In this document: piece after piece, positions 1 through 11,613 of the stretch | How the letters are laid out: each line of letters starts with the position of its first letter | Position numbering within the stretch: the first letter of the stretch is position 1 | Source of the DNA: Octopus sinensis | Taxonomy: Eukaryota | DNA: 64,000 bases | Assembly (NCBI RefSeq): GCF_006345805.1 | Contig: NC_043005.1 | Coordinates: forward strand, 93,620,001-93,684,000 | Direction of reading: 5' to 3' | Position numbers and translations under genes: made by a program | The notes under the pieces: generated by a model | The model's input: the letters and a program-made list of their open reading frames with translations, nothing else | Databases searched by the model: none | What the model was told of the DNA's origin: nothing

Positions 1-660
1 AAATACAGAATAGATAACACAGCAGAAAGTGATAAGTGCAGAATCTGTGGACAAAACGATAAAATCGTATAGCATATTACCAGCCAATGTACGCCACTAG
101 CCCAGAAGAAAGATAAGAGACGCCATGACAATATAATCAAGCTTGTCCATTGGACACTTTGCAACAAGTATGGACTTGACAGAGCAAAAAATGGTACGAC
201 TACAAACCTGAAGAAATGCAAAGATCCTATAGGATTTTAGGATTCAGTGTGACCATGAGATAGGAAGCCGGACATAGTCTTAATTGAGAAAGAAAACAAA
301 TTATGCTGGATCATAGATATAGCATGCCCAGCTGACAACAAGGTGTACGATAAGGAAGAAAGAAAAGTTGAGAGATATGACAGGTTGGCTTGGGAAGTTA
401 AGCAGTTGTGGTCGATGAAAAAGGAAGCTGCAGGACTAATAATTGTCGGAGCCCTTGGAACAGTGAGAAAATCTCAAGAAGTACGTAGAACAAATAGGGG
501 CACAATAAGGGTGGAGCACTTGCAGAAAACAACACTGCTTAGAACCGCTCGAATACTCCGGAAGGTGCTCGAAAAATAAGAGGTGTTACCTTAGTTCACT
601 GGTAGTGAACAGCTGACACTGTAGTACATCTCCAGCGTTAGATGCTGTGCAAAGGCAATA
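1..660 (+). mobile_element. 3' end of a Dong/R4-like non-LTR retrotransposon (restriction-like endonuclease), decayed
   Basis: Frameshifted CRICG...SHI...C zinc knuckle, ILWDF, IIDIACP...K.ERY, IIVGALG, LQKTTLLRTARILRKVL*; short 3' UTR running into a microsatellite. Confidence 0.8.
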
Positions 661-741
661 AGAAGAAGAAGAAGAAGAAGAAGATGAAGAAGAAGAAGAA
701 AAAGAAAAAGAAGAAAAAGAAGAAGAAGAAGAAGAAGAAAT
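659..741 (+). repeat. (AAG)n / (TTC)n microsatellite
   Basis: Direct inspection. Confidence 0.95.
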
Positions 742-1420
742 AATCTCTTTTATTTGCCACAAGGGTGAAAGATGAGGGGGACAATACAAAACAGACATAA
801 AGTGTGAGGGTTTACATATAAGGAAATGCTAAAATGAAAAGTATACACGATATACATTAGAAGGGTACATGACACTAGAAAAAGAGGGAAAAAAAGGATC
901 GTAATGGGATCCTCCTTATTCAGGAGGACCTCTAGAGATAATCAAGGAACCCCACCATCCAAGATCACCCTGAGTACCAAGAATGAGAGCCCACTCCAAC
1001 TTCATAGGCCTACCTATGGTACCATCCATTCTTGCCATTTTTGATAAATTCACTCGAGGACAGCACGTCCCTCTCCACCCTCACTTTCCTTTTCAAGTGA
1101 AACTCGAAAAAAATCGATGAGGGCTTTACCAAAGAGGAAAGTTTCTGTCCTCATTCTTTTCAGCCTTGTCCACCAGATAACCTCTTTCGCCACAGCCACC
1201 AGACAAAGGAACACAGCCTTGCCAGCCCGATTAAAGGAGGACGGCAGGGCAACCATCTTTATGGATTCGGACGACAGACGGATCTGTCCTACACACAACA
1301 GATGGATCTGTTGGACATAATTCCACAAGTCAGCAATGCCCGGACACTGAACGAGTGCATGCAGAATGGTTTTGTCGCTCTGTGAGCACCTCGTATAAGC
1401 CCGTCTGACAGTCTTGACTC
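742..1420 (-). mobile_element. 3' fragment of a Tx1/L1-clade LINE
   Basis: RCSQSDKTILHALVQCP..DLW zf-RVT-like motif; FFEFHLKRKVRVER..RW C-terminus; 3' end gtggcaaataaaagag abutting (TTC)n. Confidence 0.7.
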
Positions 1421-1903
1421 CAATGCAACAGTATGTGACCGTGCATCTTGTGATATTTTCTACCATGTCAGATGGCAGGTTTAGAGCTACCCTTCTCCCA
1501 TCTCTGTTTACAAATTTTCTTGCAAATTTTAATTCTCCTTCGTCTATGTGGAAGCATTCCATATTCCTCGCCGCTGACGCAAAAGACGTAGGGGCGATAT
1601 TTGCATTTTTATCTTTTATTTCTTTCGAATTGTTGTTGTTGCTGCTGCTTCTGCATCTGTATGGAAAACAATTAAATTTTAGAAAAATTAAATTGTTTTC
1701 CATACTTACAGTTGAAAAAGTCTCAATCAGTCAAACCGGTACTGAAATGGTTTTTATAAAATTATTTTAGCATTTTCTACCTTGACTTTTTTTCCCATAT
1801 ATTTCAACTCGTGTGTTCCTTTTCAACCTTCTACACACGCACACACACACACATATATGATTCCCTTCCTGGGACTGTCACATTAAGTTGACAGTATACA
1901 ACT

Positions 1904-1907
<4 letters not shown>

Positions 1908-1956
<49 letters not shown>
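1908..1956. repeat. (TA)n microsatellite
   Basis: Direct inspection. Confidence 0.95.
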
Positions 1957-1962
<6 letters not shown>

Positions 1963-2026
1963 CCAAAGTAATCGTAATCTATTCGACCTGAAAGGTACTT
2001 GTAGAAAATTTCATTAAAAAATACCC

Positions 2027-2293
2027 GGATCTTTTCCTTTTGAACAGCAGTTTTCAACACAATTTCCAGTTAACTAAACACTTTTAAACTTCGTATACTG
2101 GTAGAATGTGTCAAAATAAAACATTTTTTTCTCTTGGCTTTCTTGAGAAAATTGTAATTTGCAAGTTTAACGTAGTTTAATTTTTCAAATTTTAACCAAT
2201 CAATTGCCTCTAATTGAGCTAAAATTATTTGCTGCGTCTAAAACTGAGACAACATCCTGTCACTAACCCTAACCCTAACCCTCACCCTAACCC
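2027..2293 (+). mobile_element. Truncated copy of the GGATCTTTTC-ended MITE family, ending in (TAACCC)n
   Basis: Begins GGATCTTTTCCTTT; body aligns with the copies at 11614 and 12857. Confidence 0.7.
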
Positions 2294-2394
2294 TTTGATG
2301 TATGGTGGTGGTGGTGGTGGTGGTGGTGAAGAATTACTCTATAATATTACTCGTTAATATCTAATTATAATTACAATATAATAAATTTACTTTG

Positions 2395-2712
2395 CTGGAC
2401 CAACACTGCAAATACTGAAGTAATTTGGAAAGAAATATTATATTGCAAAGATGCTTTGGAGGAAATCCCTTCAGAGATGCTGCAGCCTTTACAAGAAATC
2501 TTTTTAATATTACCAAAATGAAATTCCAAAGCAGAAAGATTATTCCGGAGAATGAATGTTATTGAAAGAAAATTGAAAAATATGATACAACTTTCTAATA
2601 CTTGAAGCTGTTCTCTGTAAAATATGGCCTGAAATGAGATGAGAACTGCAGTAGAGATTACTATTCTTTACCTGGGGCAACGTTGAATAAGACTTACACA
2701 ATGGATATCTAA
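2395..2712 (+). pseudogene. Degenerate hAT-like transposase C-terminal (dimerisation) region
   Basis: Joining frames gives WKEI..CKDA.GNPF...LP.*NSKAERLFRRMNVIERKLKN...VKYGLK, resembling the hAT S(N)A.ERLFS motif; stops and frameshifts present. Confidence 0.5.
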
Positions 2713-3559
2713 CTCAGAAATAGGGAGTCTGTCGAAACAGAAAGATACAATTCAGAAGCTTCGTTAGTTGATGATTTAGACATTATATTAGCAAAGTTTA
2801 GCTTCTGTGCTTCTTTTTAAATAAAGTAACTGGCATTATCTATTCATTCTTAATGCTTTGGTAGATTCAAATATGAATAGATTGATCACCATTGCATTTA
2901 TCATCAGAGAATACTTTCTCCCTTTAAATAATGTGTGTTCATGACTCACAACTCATTGATGTAAGGGGACCTTGAGACATTGCGGTGTTTTGATCTCATT
3001 CTGTCTCCACAGTCACAGCTACCACAGATCAATAGATTTAACAAGAGTACTGGCACTTGTTAATAGAGATCAACAAACAAACTAATTATTTACTGATGTT
3101 GATGTCAGCCAAACTGATAATTATTCATGAGGTGCTCACAAAACAGTAAGAATCTAAACAATAATGTATCTATTCCTTCTTAAAACATTTTGGTAAATTC
3201 AAGCATGACTATACTGACCACTGTCGTAGATCATCATCAGAGAACATCTTTCCTTTAACCAATGTGTATTCATAATCTACAGGATTCATTGATGTAAGGA
3301 GATTTGCATGCACCTCATGAACTATTAACTAGAATCATCTTCTTCTCAAGTACATTCTTAGGAATCAAGCATTAAACTGAAACTTTCATTTGTCAACATT
3401 GTTGGAAAATTTTTGATGAAGTTTAATCTTTGGTTTAAGCAGAGCAACAGACATCACCTGTGGATTTTTCGTCAATGGAAACGTAAATGACTAATAGATT
3501 TGTTAGCGTGCTGTATGAACATTAATTAAACTGTGTGTATGTATCTGTGCATGTGAGTA

Positions 3560-3687
3560 TATGTGGTTAGCATGTCTGCTTCCCAGCCACTATTATGGTG
3601 CCTTGGACAAGTGTCTCCTACTGTAGAAGACAAAAGTTTTATGAGTGGGTTTTGGTTGATGGAAACTAAAAGAAGCCCATTATTTGT

Positions 3688-3718
<31 letters not shown>

Positions 3719-3720
3719 CA
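3560..3720 (+). mobile_element. Decayed tRNA-derived SINE fragment
   Basis: Aligns to the SINE at 9751-9914 (ccttggacaagtgtct...atggaaactaaaagaagccc) and ends in (TG)n. Confidence 0.6.
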
Positions 3721-4049
3721 TGTGTATGTGTGCACCTTCGTCTTACTATCATGTGATGGTTGCTGGTTTACAACCAGCATCACCATCACATGAGCAATAT
3801 TATTCATTTCCAGTCTTCTTTGAAAAAATAAAGGCTGGCCCTGGGGAGAAATATTATTTTGCTTGGAAACAGGTGAGGGTTAGCAACAGGAAGGGCATTC
3901 AGCTATTAAAAAATCATCTCAACAAATTCCATCACCTCATGCAAGCATGGAAAAATGACCATGTATGTGTCTGCTCATGTACCTCAGTAGCACTCCCTCC
4001 AAATCTGTGAACACACACTGTGCCAAGGGAAGCTCAGAATTCAGGTGGC

Positions 4050-4715
4050 TACAAGAATCAGTGTGGTAGAGAAGAGGCATTAAGCTAGCCACCAATTGAA
4101 GGTGTACAAAGCAGTTGAACTCCTATACTACTGTATGCCTGTGAGATTTCGATGGGTTATGGATACCATGCCAAAAAGCTAAAACCACATCTACATGAAC
4201 TGCTTGAGAAAGCTGTTGAAAATCTCCTTGAAAGACATGTTCCCTGACACAGAGGTCTTTACTTGAGCTGATCTGCCAAGCAATTACATACTGCTGAGGA
4301 GAATGGAAGTCAGGTGGGCAGGCCACCTTGTTTAAATGCCTGATGTGTGACTCGCCAAGAGACTGTTCTACGGCAAACTGGCAGAAGGCATGTGCATTGC
4401 AAGGTGGACAGAAAGAGTACTTCAAGAACACACTCCAAGCCTCAGTGAAGAGCTTTGAGATGAACCCTGGCACCTGGGAAATCCAAGTGCAGGAATGCCC
4501 TACCTGGCAAAGCTGCACCAACAGAGGTGCCACCTCCAACAAACAGAAGATTGCAAAAGGGGCAGAAAGAAGACAGGACCCATACAAGTCCAGAACCAAC
4601 TCGTTGTCTTCTGTTCCAGCAGACCACCAGCCCAGTAGTGTCCAGCCTGTGGCAGGGCCTTCAAAAATATGCATCAGCCAGAGCCAACTCCTTGCCATTG
4701 ACAGAGTCCCTCAAT
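4050..4715 (+). mobile_element. BovB-like RTE LINE 3' fragment, decayed
   Basis: QGGQKEYFKNTLQASVKSFEMNPGTWE...RRQ..KSR...DHQ.PVCGRAF motifs across frames. Confidence 0.75.
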
Positions 4716-4744
4716 TCCTTATATAGCAGTCAATGCAGAAACTA

Positions 4745-5332
4745 GGGATAGATTAGTGGTTGGTGTCAGCTGTACAAGCTACGTACAAGGATGCTGTCAG
4801 TAAGGAGAGGGTTGGCAATGAGTATAGAGATGAGTTCAGGGTACAAGTAGGGTTCACCAAGGATCAGCCCTCAGCCCCCTCTTGTTCATCATTGTCCTCC
4901 AGGCAATAACAGGGGAATTCAAGACAGACAGCCCCTGGGAGCTCCTCTATGCTGATAACCTTATTCTTATAGTTGAATCACTACCAGATACTAAGAAGCT
5001 TCAGGTATGGAAGCAAGGTCTAGAATCGAAGGGCCTTAGAGTTAACCCAGCAAAAACCAAAGTCTTAGTAAGTAGGAAGGCAGACAAATCACAAATCCCT
5101 TCAGGTTGATGGCCCTGATTGATCTATAGAAAAGGCATAGGTAGAAACTCCATAAGATGTACCTGGTGTAAACTATGGACACATAAGAGGTGCAGCAATA
5201 TCAGAGGAAGGTTGACAGGGAAAATAGTTTGTGGAAGGTGCCTAGGTACAATTAACACTAAAAATGTAGATTCCATCACATGCAGGGGACAAAACTAGAA
5301 GTAGTCGATAGCTTCCGTTACCTAGGTGACCA
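4745..5332 (+). mobile_element. RTE LINE (abundant family) RT fragment, 5' part, interrupted by a second LINE
   Basis: VHQGS.LSPLLF, WELLYADNL, GLESKGLRVN..KTKV; ends at TSD TAGGTGACCA. Confidence 0.85.
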
Positions 5333-8300
5333 TGTTGCACCTCCAAGGGCATCCATTGACGGTGATGCCCTCAATCTTAACAGACGGGTATCACCTGATG
5401 GAGAAGAGTCAGCCCTCAACCAAACAACACCAAACAAACACCTCATCAGCTGTAAAAATCATACGATACTCAGCACCCTCAATGCCCGCACCCTCGGCTC
5501 TCTTGGCCGTCTAATGCAGAATCACATGGCATTGATATAATAGCTGTCCAAGAACACCGATTTTACCACCCTGACAACATCCTCAAATACCATCAAGTCG
5601 GTTCTTATCAACTTGTAACCTCCTCAGCATCAAAGAATACTGTTAATTCAACAGTTGGAGGTATCGGATTTCTACTTTCATCAAAAGCTAGTGATACTCT
5701 CTTGAGTATAGAGTCAATCTCACGTAGAATTATGGTGCTTGAGATAGATGGAAACCCAAAAACAACATTGGTATGTGTGTATAGCCCACATAATTCGTCT
5801 GTGGCAGACGAAATTGAAAATTTTTATACAACCCTTCGTTCAACCATTGAACAAGTACCTCTCCATAATTTTCTGGTTATAGCTGGTGATCTGAATGCTA
5901 GACTAGGACCCGATGAGACCAAGTTTACTTTCAACTCTAAAACCAATCGGAACGGAGAAATGCTCAAAGACTTCTTGGAGGAATTTAATCTCTACACCTC
6001 CAACAATTCTTTTATGAAACCAAAAGGTCAACTTTGGACATTTGAGTCCCCACTTGGTGATAGGGCACAAATTGACTACCTCATCTTTCGAAAGAAATGG
6101 CGCAATAGTGTTAAAGACTCGAGATCCTACTCTTCCTTTAGTTCTGTCGGCTCTGACCACAGAATTGTATCAGCTACCGTTAAGCTTAGTCTTCGCTCAT
6201 CCAAAAAAACTAAGCCTCACCTGATCAAAATGATCGACTGGGAGGAAGTCTTATCTAACCCCGATATGTCCAAACAATTTACTATTGAGGTCTATAACAC
6301 ATTTCAATCTCTGTCTACTTCTGAAATAGATGCTGAGAACACTGAGGAAGTATACAGCAGCCTCATCAAATCAACAGAGGAAGTTGCACTGGCTACTCTT
6401 CCCAAAAAGAAGAGTAGGGGCCAGAGCAAACCTTCTAATTCCCCAAATGTCATCGAAGCCAGAAACCATCTAAAGTCTATATCACTAGCTTACCACCGTT
6501 CTCCATCCCAGTCACTGAAGATCCAACTCATAGCTGCCGGGAAGAATCTTGATGAGGCTTACTTGAACGCCGAGGTCGAATTTATCAATGGCAAAATTAG
6601 TAAACTATCGAAAGAGCACATTAGTAAAAAACACCATCTCGCCTGGAAATCCATCAAAGACCTATCAGGCAAAAATTCTGGGTCATCAATTAGAATTAAA
6701 GGGGGATCAGCTAAGAAGCGTTTAGAAAATTGGTCAACCCATTTTAAAAACCTCCTTGGGAAGAATGCCAAAATCCCTGATAACCCCACTCTTCCAAGTG
6801 TGCCTATATCAGACACGCTGGACATCAACACCTCCCCTTTTACCATATTTGAACTAACAGCAGCCACCAAGCAACTAAAAGCCTCGAAAGCATTTGGTCC
6901 CGACAACATCCCAGCTGTAATTTGGAAGGATGATAGATTTCACACACTTTTGCTCAACCTCTGCAACCACACACTTTCCACCTTTGTCGCTCCAAAGATT
7001 TGGCACCAATCTCAAATCATTCCAATACCCAAAAAAGGCGATTTGTCCCCCATCACCAACTACAGGGGCATATCTCTAATGTCAATTGCTGCAAAACTGT
7101 ACAACAAATTGATCCTAAATCGTCCTTTTTGTTGAACCTTTGCTCCAAAAGAACCAAAATGGATTCAGACATGGGCGCTTAACGCTGAGCCAGATACTAT
7201 GCCTGCGCAGACTTATTGAAGAATCAAAAGCATTTAATCGCGATCTTGCAATGGTATTTGTAGACTTTTCTAAAGCGTTCGATTCTGTAGATAGGTACAA
7301 GATGTTTGAAATCCTTAAGCTTTATGGGATACCAGACAAAATTATTTCTGCCATCAAGGTCCTCTACACAGATACGTCTTCAACCATCTTAACCCCTGAT
7401 GGAGAAACATCATCTTTCTCAATCAAAGCCGGAATACTGTAGGGAGACACACTCGCCCCATTTCTTTTCATCATTGTTGTTGATTATGTGCTATGTGTGT
7501 CAGTTGATACCATCTCTGGCAAGGGCTTTGAAATAAAACCAAGAAGAAGTTCCAGACACCCAGCTGAGTACTTGACAGACACTGACTTTGCTGACGACAT
7601 CACTCTTATCAGTGATTCTCTCTCCAATGCCCAGTCTCTTTTACAATCTCTTGAACAAGCCTCAAATTGTGTAGGTCTTTACCTCAATGAGGCCAAAACT
7701 GAATACATAAACAAGTGCCTGTCCAACAGTGATTGCATCATCCACACTCTCAACAGTGCGCCTTTAAATATGGTTTCTGATTATAAATATCTTGGGTCAT
7801 ACATATCATCATCTGGAAAAGACTTTCTAACTAGAAAGGGTATGGCCTGGTCAGCCTGTAATGACATGCATAAGATCTGGTCATCAAATCTAAGTAGAGA
7901 CTTCAAACTTGAAATATTCAAAGCCACAGTCGAACCAATTCTACTATATGGCTCAGAAACCTGGACGTTATCAAAGAAGCTTGAGAGGCGGTTGGATGGA
8001 ACCTACACTCGCCTCCTTATGAGAGCTCAAAATCTCTCATGGAAGCGCCATCCAACCAAAATGCAAATATATGGGAAATTACCACCTGTGTCATCTCTTG
8101 TGAAAGGTAGGAGAATCCAGTTTGCTGGACATTGTTGTAGAGCTGAAAAAGAAGTAATTTCTACTCTTCTCCTCTGGAAGCCATCTACTCGCAATACCAG
8201 AGGGCGCACACTCTCCTACCCTGATGTAATCTCCAGGGATACAGGCATCCAGCAACAGGACCTCCGTAATGCTATGATGGACCGTGAAGTCTGGCGTAAC

Positions 8301-8355
8301 ATAGTAAATTCCATTGTCTCGACCACGGTCGAACAATGATGATGATGATGAATGA
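5333..8355 (+). mobile_element. Near-full-length RTE-clade LINE (APE endonuclease + RT) with few disabling mutations
   Basis: TLNARTL, IIAVQEHR, VIAGDLNARLG, GSDHRIV (APE); NYRGISL, FVDFSKAFDS, GIL*GDTLAP, FADDI (RT); (ATG)n tail; 10-bp TSD TAGGTGACCA at 5323-5332 and 8356-8365; frameshifts near 5510 and 7130, TAG at 7440-7442. Confidence 0.95.
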
Positions 8356-8780
8356 TAGGTGACCAAGTCAGTGGAGGCGGGGGTGGATGCTCCGTGAGTG
8401 AAGCTGCTAGAAGAATAGACTGGGCAAAGTTCAGAGAGTTCCTACCTCTGCTGGTAACAAAGGGCCTCTCGCTGAGAGCGAAAGGCAAACTACTGTATGA
8501 TGCCTGTGTACGAACAGCCATGCTACACATCGGTGAAACATGGGCTTTGACTGCTGAAGACATGCATAGGCTTGAGAGAAACGAAGCTAGTATGCTCCGC
8601 TGGATGCGTAATGTCAGTGTGCCTTCACAGCAGAGTGTAAGCGTCCTGAGAAAAAAGTTGGACATAAGAGGCATCAGATGTAGTGTGCAAGAAAGACGAC
8701 TGCGCTAGTCTGGTCATGTTATGTGTATGAATGACAACAGCTGTGTGAAGAAGTGTCGCACCCTAGCCGTAGAAGGAACT
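8356..8780 (+). mobile_element. RTE LINE (abundant family), 3' continuation after the nested insertion
   Basis: GDQVSGGGG...WAKFREFLPLL...[11 protein letters not shown]...VQERRLR. Confidence 0.85.
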
Positions 8781-8998
8781 TAACCAAACTGAACCTAAGA
8801 TAGGATAGTTTATACGCGAACGTCGAGGGATGCTTAACCTCAGACCACGGCTGGTATTAATATTAACAAAAGAATAATCTACGTTGCCTGTCCACCTGCT
8901 CAACCTTACGAAGATACTTTGGTCAATATATTTTTGGTTATGACTTGAATGCCATTCATCGAAACTACCAGTATTATTTATTTGTTTAAAGTTTCTTA

Positions 8999-9092
8999 GG
9001 CGAAGGTAAAGAATATGCACACCACCTGATTCCGGCATAATCCTAACTCGAAACGCCGAAAACGGGCGGTGTGCGTATTCTTTACCCTTGCC
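8999..9092. mobile_element. 94-bp hairpin / mini-MITE with GG...CC termini
   Basis: Arms 9005-9026 and 9065-9086 are 20/22 complementary; flanks gtttctta / atttcttt resemble a decayed 8-bp TSD. Confidence 0.5.
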
Positions 9093-9237
9093 ATTTCTTT
9101 AACGGATGTTCACCAACGAAGACTGTCGCTATGTTCCCAGAATCAATCCAACATTTAAACTTCTTCAAATATTAATAAAGAGAGGAAATTTTACTGAAAA
9201 TTAAAGCCACAATCTGTAAAAGTGGAGAAAATGAAGC

Positions 9238-9705
9238 ACATCATCATCATCATCATCATCATCATTTAACGTCCGCTTTCCATGCTAGCATGGGTTGGAC
9301 GGTTCAACTGGGGTCTGGGGAGTCCGAAAGCTGCACCAGTCCAGTCAGATCTGGCAGTGTTTCTACAGCTGGATGCCCTTCCTAACGCCAACCACTCCGA
9401 GAGTGTAGTGGGTGAGTTTATGTGCCACCGACACAGGTGCCAGACGAGGCTGGCAAACGGCCACGCTCGGATGGTGTTTTTTATGTGCCACCGACACAGG
9501 TGCCAGACGAGGCTGGCAGACGGCCACGCTCGGATGGTGTTTTTTATGTGCCACCGACACAGGTGCCAGACGAGGCTGGCAGACGGCCACGCTCGGATGG
9601 TGTTTTTATGTGCCACCGACACAGGTGCCAGACGAGGCTGGCAGACGGCCACGCTCGGATGGTGTCTTTATGTGCCACCGACACAGGTGCTAGATGAGGC
9701 TGGCA
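9238..9705 (-). mobile_element. RTE 3' UTR with (ATG)n tail and internal ~62-bp minisatellite (4 full units + 1 partial)
   Basis: Family 3' end gaaagcggacgttaaatgatgatg on minus; units start near 9420, 9483, 9546, 9608 and 9670. Confidence 0.85.
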
Positions 9706-9709
9706 CACA

Positions 9710-9750
<41 letters not shown>

Positions 9751-9751
<1 letters not shown>

Positions 9752-9914
9752 CGACGGGCTTCTTTCAGTTTCCGTCTACCTAATCCATTCACAAGGCTTT
9801 GGTCAGCCCGAGGCTGTAGTAGAAGACACTTGCCCAAGGTGCCATGCAGTGGGACTGAACCCGGAACCATGTGGTTGGGAAGCAAGCTACTTACCACACA
9901 GCCACTCCTGCACC
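9751..9914 (-). mobile_element. tRNA-derived SINE (head and body) with (TA)n tail
   Basis: A-box-like TGGCTGTGTGG and B-box-like GGTTCAGTCC on minus; same family at 43130, 53060, 57385 and 58220. Confidence 0.85.
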
Positions 9915-10537
9915 TATAAAGCTATTAAAACTATTTGGAACTCTCACACATAAATCTGTCCGACTGGTTATCTAGCCATCATTTTTTACTGCTTTCTTCT
10001 TTCCTTTCATAAAATTTCATTGCAGCTAAAAGTACCCCTAAAAATAAAAGATATAAAATAGTCAAGAACTGAGAAGAAACCAAAAGCAAAACAACTGTTA
10101 CAGGAAGGAAGAAAAGTTTAAAATTGGGAGTCGGGTGGAATTAAAGTGGTCCCTTATTAAACTATTTTAACATTAATTATTAAACATATTAGTTTCTCAT
10201 AAAATGGTGTGTATTTTAATTATTAGTTTAATGTTTACATCTTGACCGGGAAACGAAAATCCCCGCCAAAATACTTGGAGTAAAAAAATGTTTAGGAAAC
10301 GAAGAGGAAAAAAATAAAATGCGCGCAAAGCAATGCGAGAGGAGTTGGGAAAATTCACAAAATCCGAGTTTTTCCTTCATAACTTTTAGGAAAATGTGTC
10401 TTTTTCAATGAAATTTTATATAAATACATTTTTTTCTACATATTATCTTTTGACCCTCGATGGCTTCAGCCATTTATGCTTGTCGTCAATTTGGTTAATT
10501 ATAAAGCTATTCTATCTCGATGTTTCATTCCATTTTA

Positions 10538-10911
10538 GGCGATCTTTCGTTTGTAGTAGCACGTTTCCGTCGATGATTTCCGTAAAAAACTTTTATTTTT
10601 TTACATATGGGTTTGCGGGAATATTTGAAGTAATGAGAGCGAAAGAGACTAAGAGGAAGCGATTTTATGACGAGGGAATTTCTTTTTGAAGTCCCCGTGT
10701 GTGTGTTTGATGGGGTGTGGGAGACAGACAGTATGTTGTGTAAGTGAAGTGCTTCTGTTAGTGTGTGTGAAGAGACAGAGAGAGTAATGTGTGAAAGAGA
10801 GAGATAACTGAAATTTTTTACTCGGTGTATGTGTATATGTATGTATGCATGTATGTGTGTGTGTGTATGTATGTATGTATGTATGGCCGATTCAGTGTAC
10901 ACTGAATCGGC

Positions 10912-10945
<34 letters not shown>

Positions 10946-11424
10946 TACATTCAGACATACATATACACATACACCGAGTAAATAATTACACTGAATCGGC
11001 CATACATACATACATACACACATACATAGATACATACACACATACATACACACACACATACATAGATACATACACACACACACATACATGCATACATACA
11101 TATACACATACACCGAGTAAAAAATTTCAGTTATCTCTCTTTCACACATTACTCTGTCTCTTCACACATACTAACAGAAGCACTTCACTTACACAACATA
11201 CTGTCTGTCTCCCACACCCCATCAAACACACACACACACACATGTACATCAATGCTTCACATGCACGGTAACTTCAAAAGAATTTCCCTCGTCATACAAT
11301 CGCTTTCTCTTAGTCTCTTTCGCTCTCATTACTTCAAATGTTCCCGCAAACCCATATGTAAAAAACTAAAAGTTTTTTACAGAAATCATCGACGGAAACG
11401 TGCTACTACAAACGAAAGATCGCC
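10538..11424. mobile_element. Foldback (palindromic) non-autonomous DNA transposon, ~360-bp arms, Merlin-like termini
   Basis: GGCGATCTTTCG...CGAAAGATCGCC; perfect 8-bp TSD CCATTTTA at 10530-10537 and 11425-11432; symmetry centre 10898/10899. Confidence 0.9.
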
Positions 11425-11613
11425 CCATTTTAAAATATGTAGTTTATTGAAAGTTGTGGAAAAAAAAGAAATCAAAGTAAATATAATACTGGAGTGCTAC
11501 GTCATATTATGGCTACCATACAATAATTATAATGCGATTTCTTAATGTTTATACGAAATAATGAAATAACCTTAAAATTAAAATAATTCCTCATTTGTAT
11601 AACCTCTCTATAC

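Noticed and set aside
9026-9062. Hammerhead in the hairpin loop (CTGATTC...GCCGAAA)
   Set aside because: Core G8/A9 are absent and there is no correctly placed NUH or stem III.
9266-9953. Repetitive ORFs ([14 protein letters not shown]...) or a CRISPR-like array
   Set aside because: Head-to-tail minisatellite in an RTE UTR, with no unique spacers and no cas genes, in a eukaryotic context.
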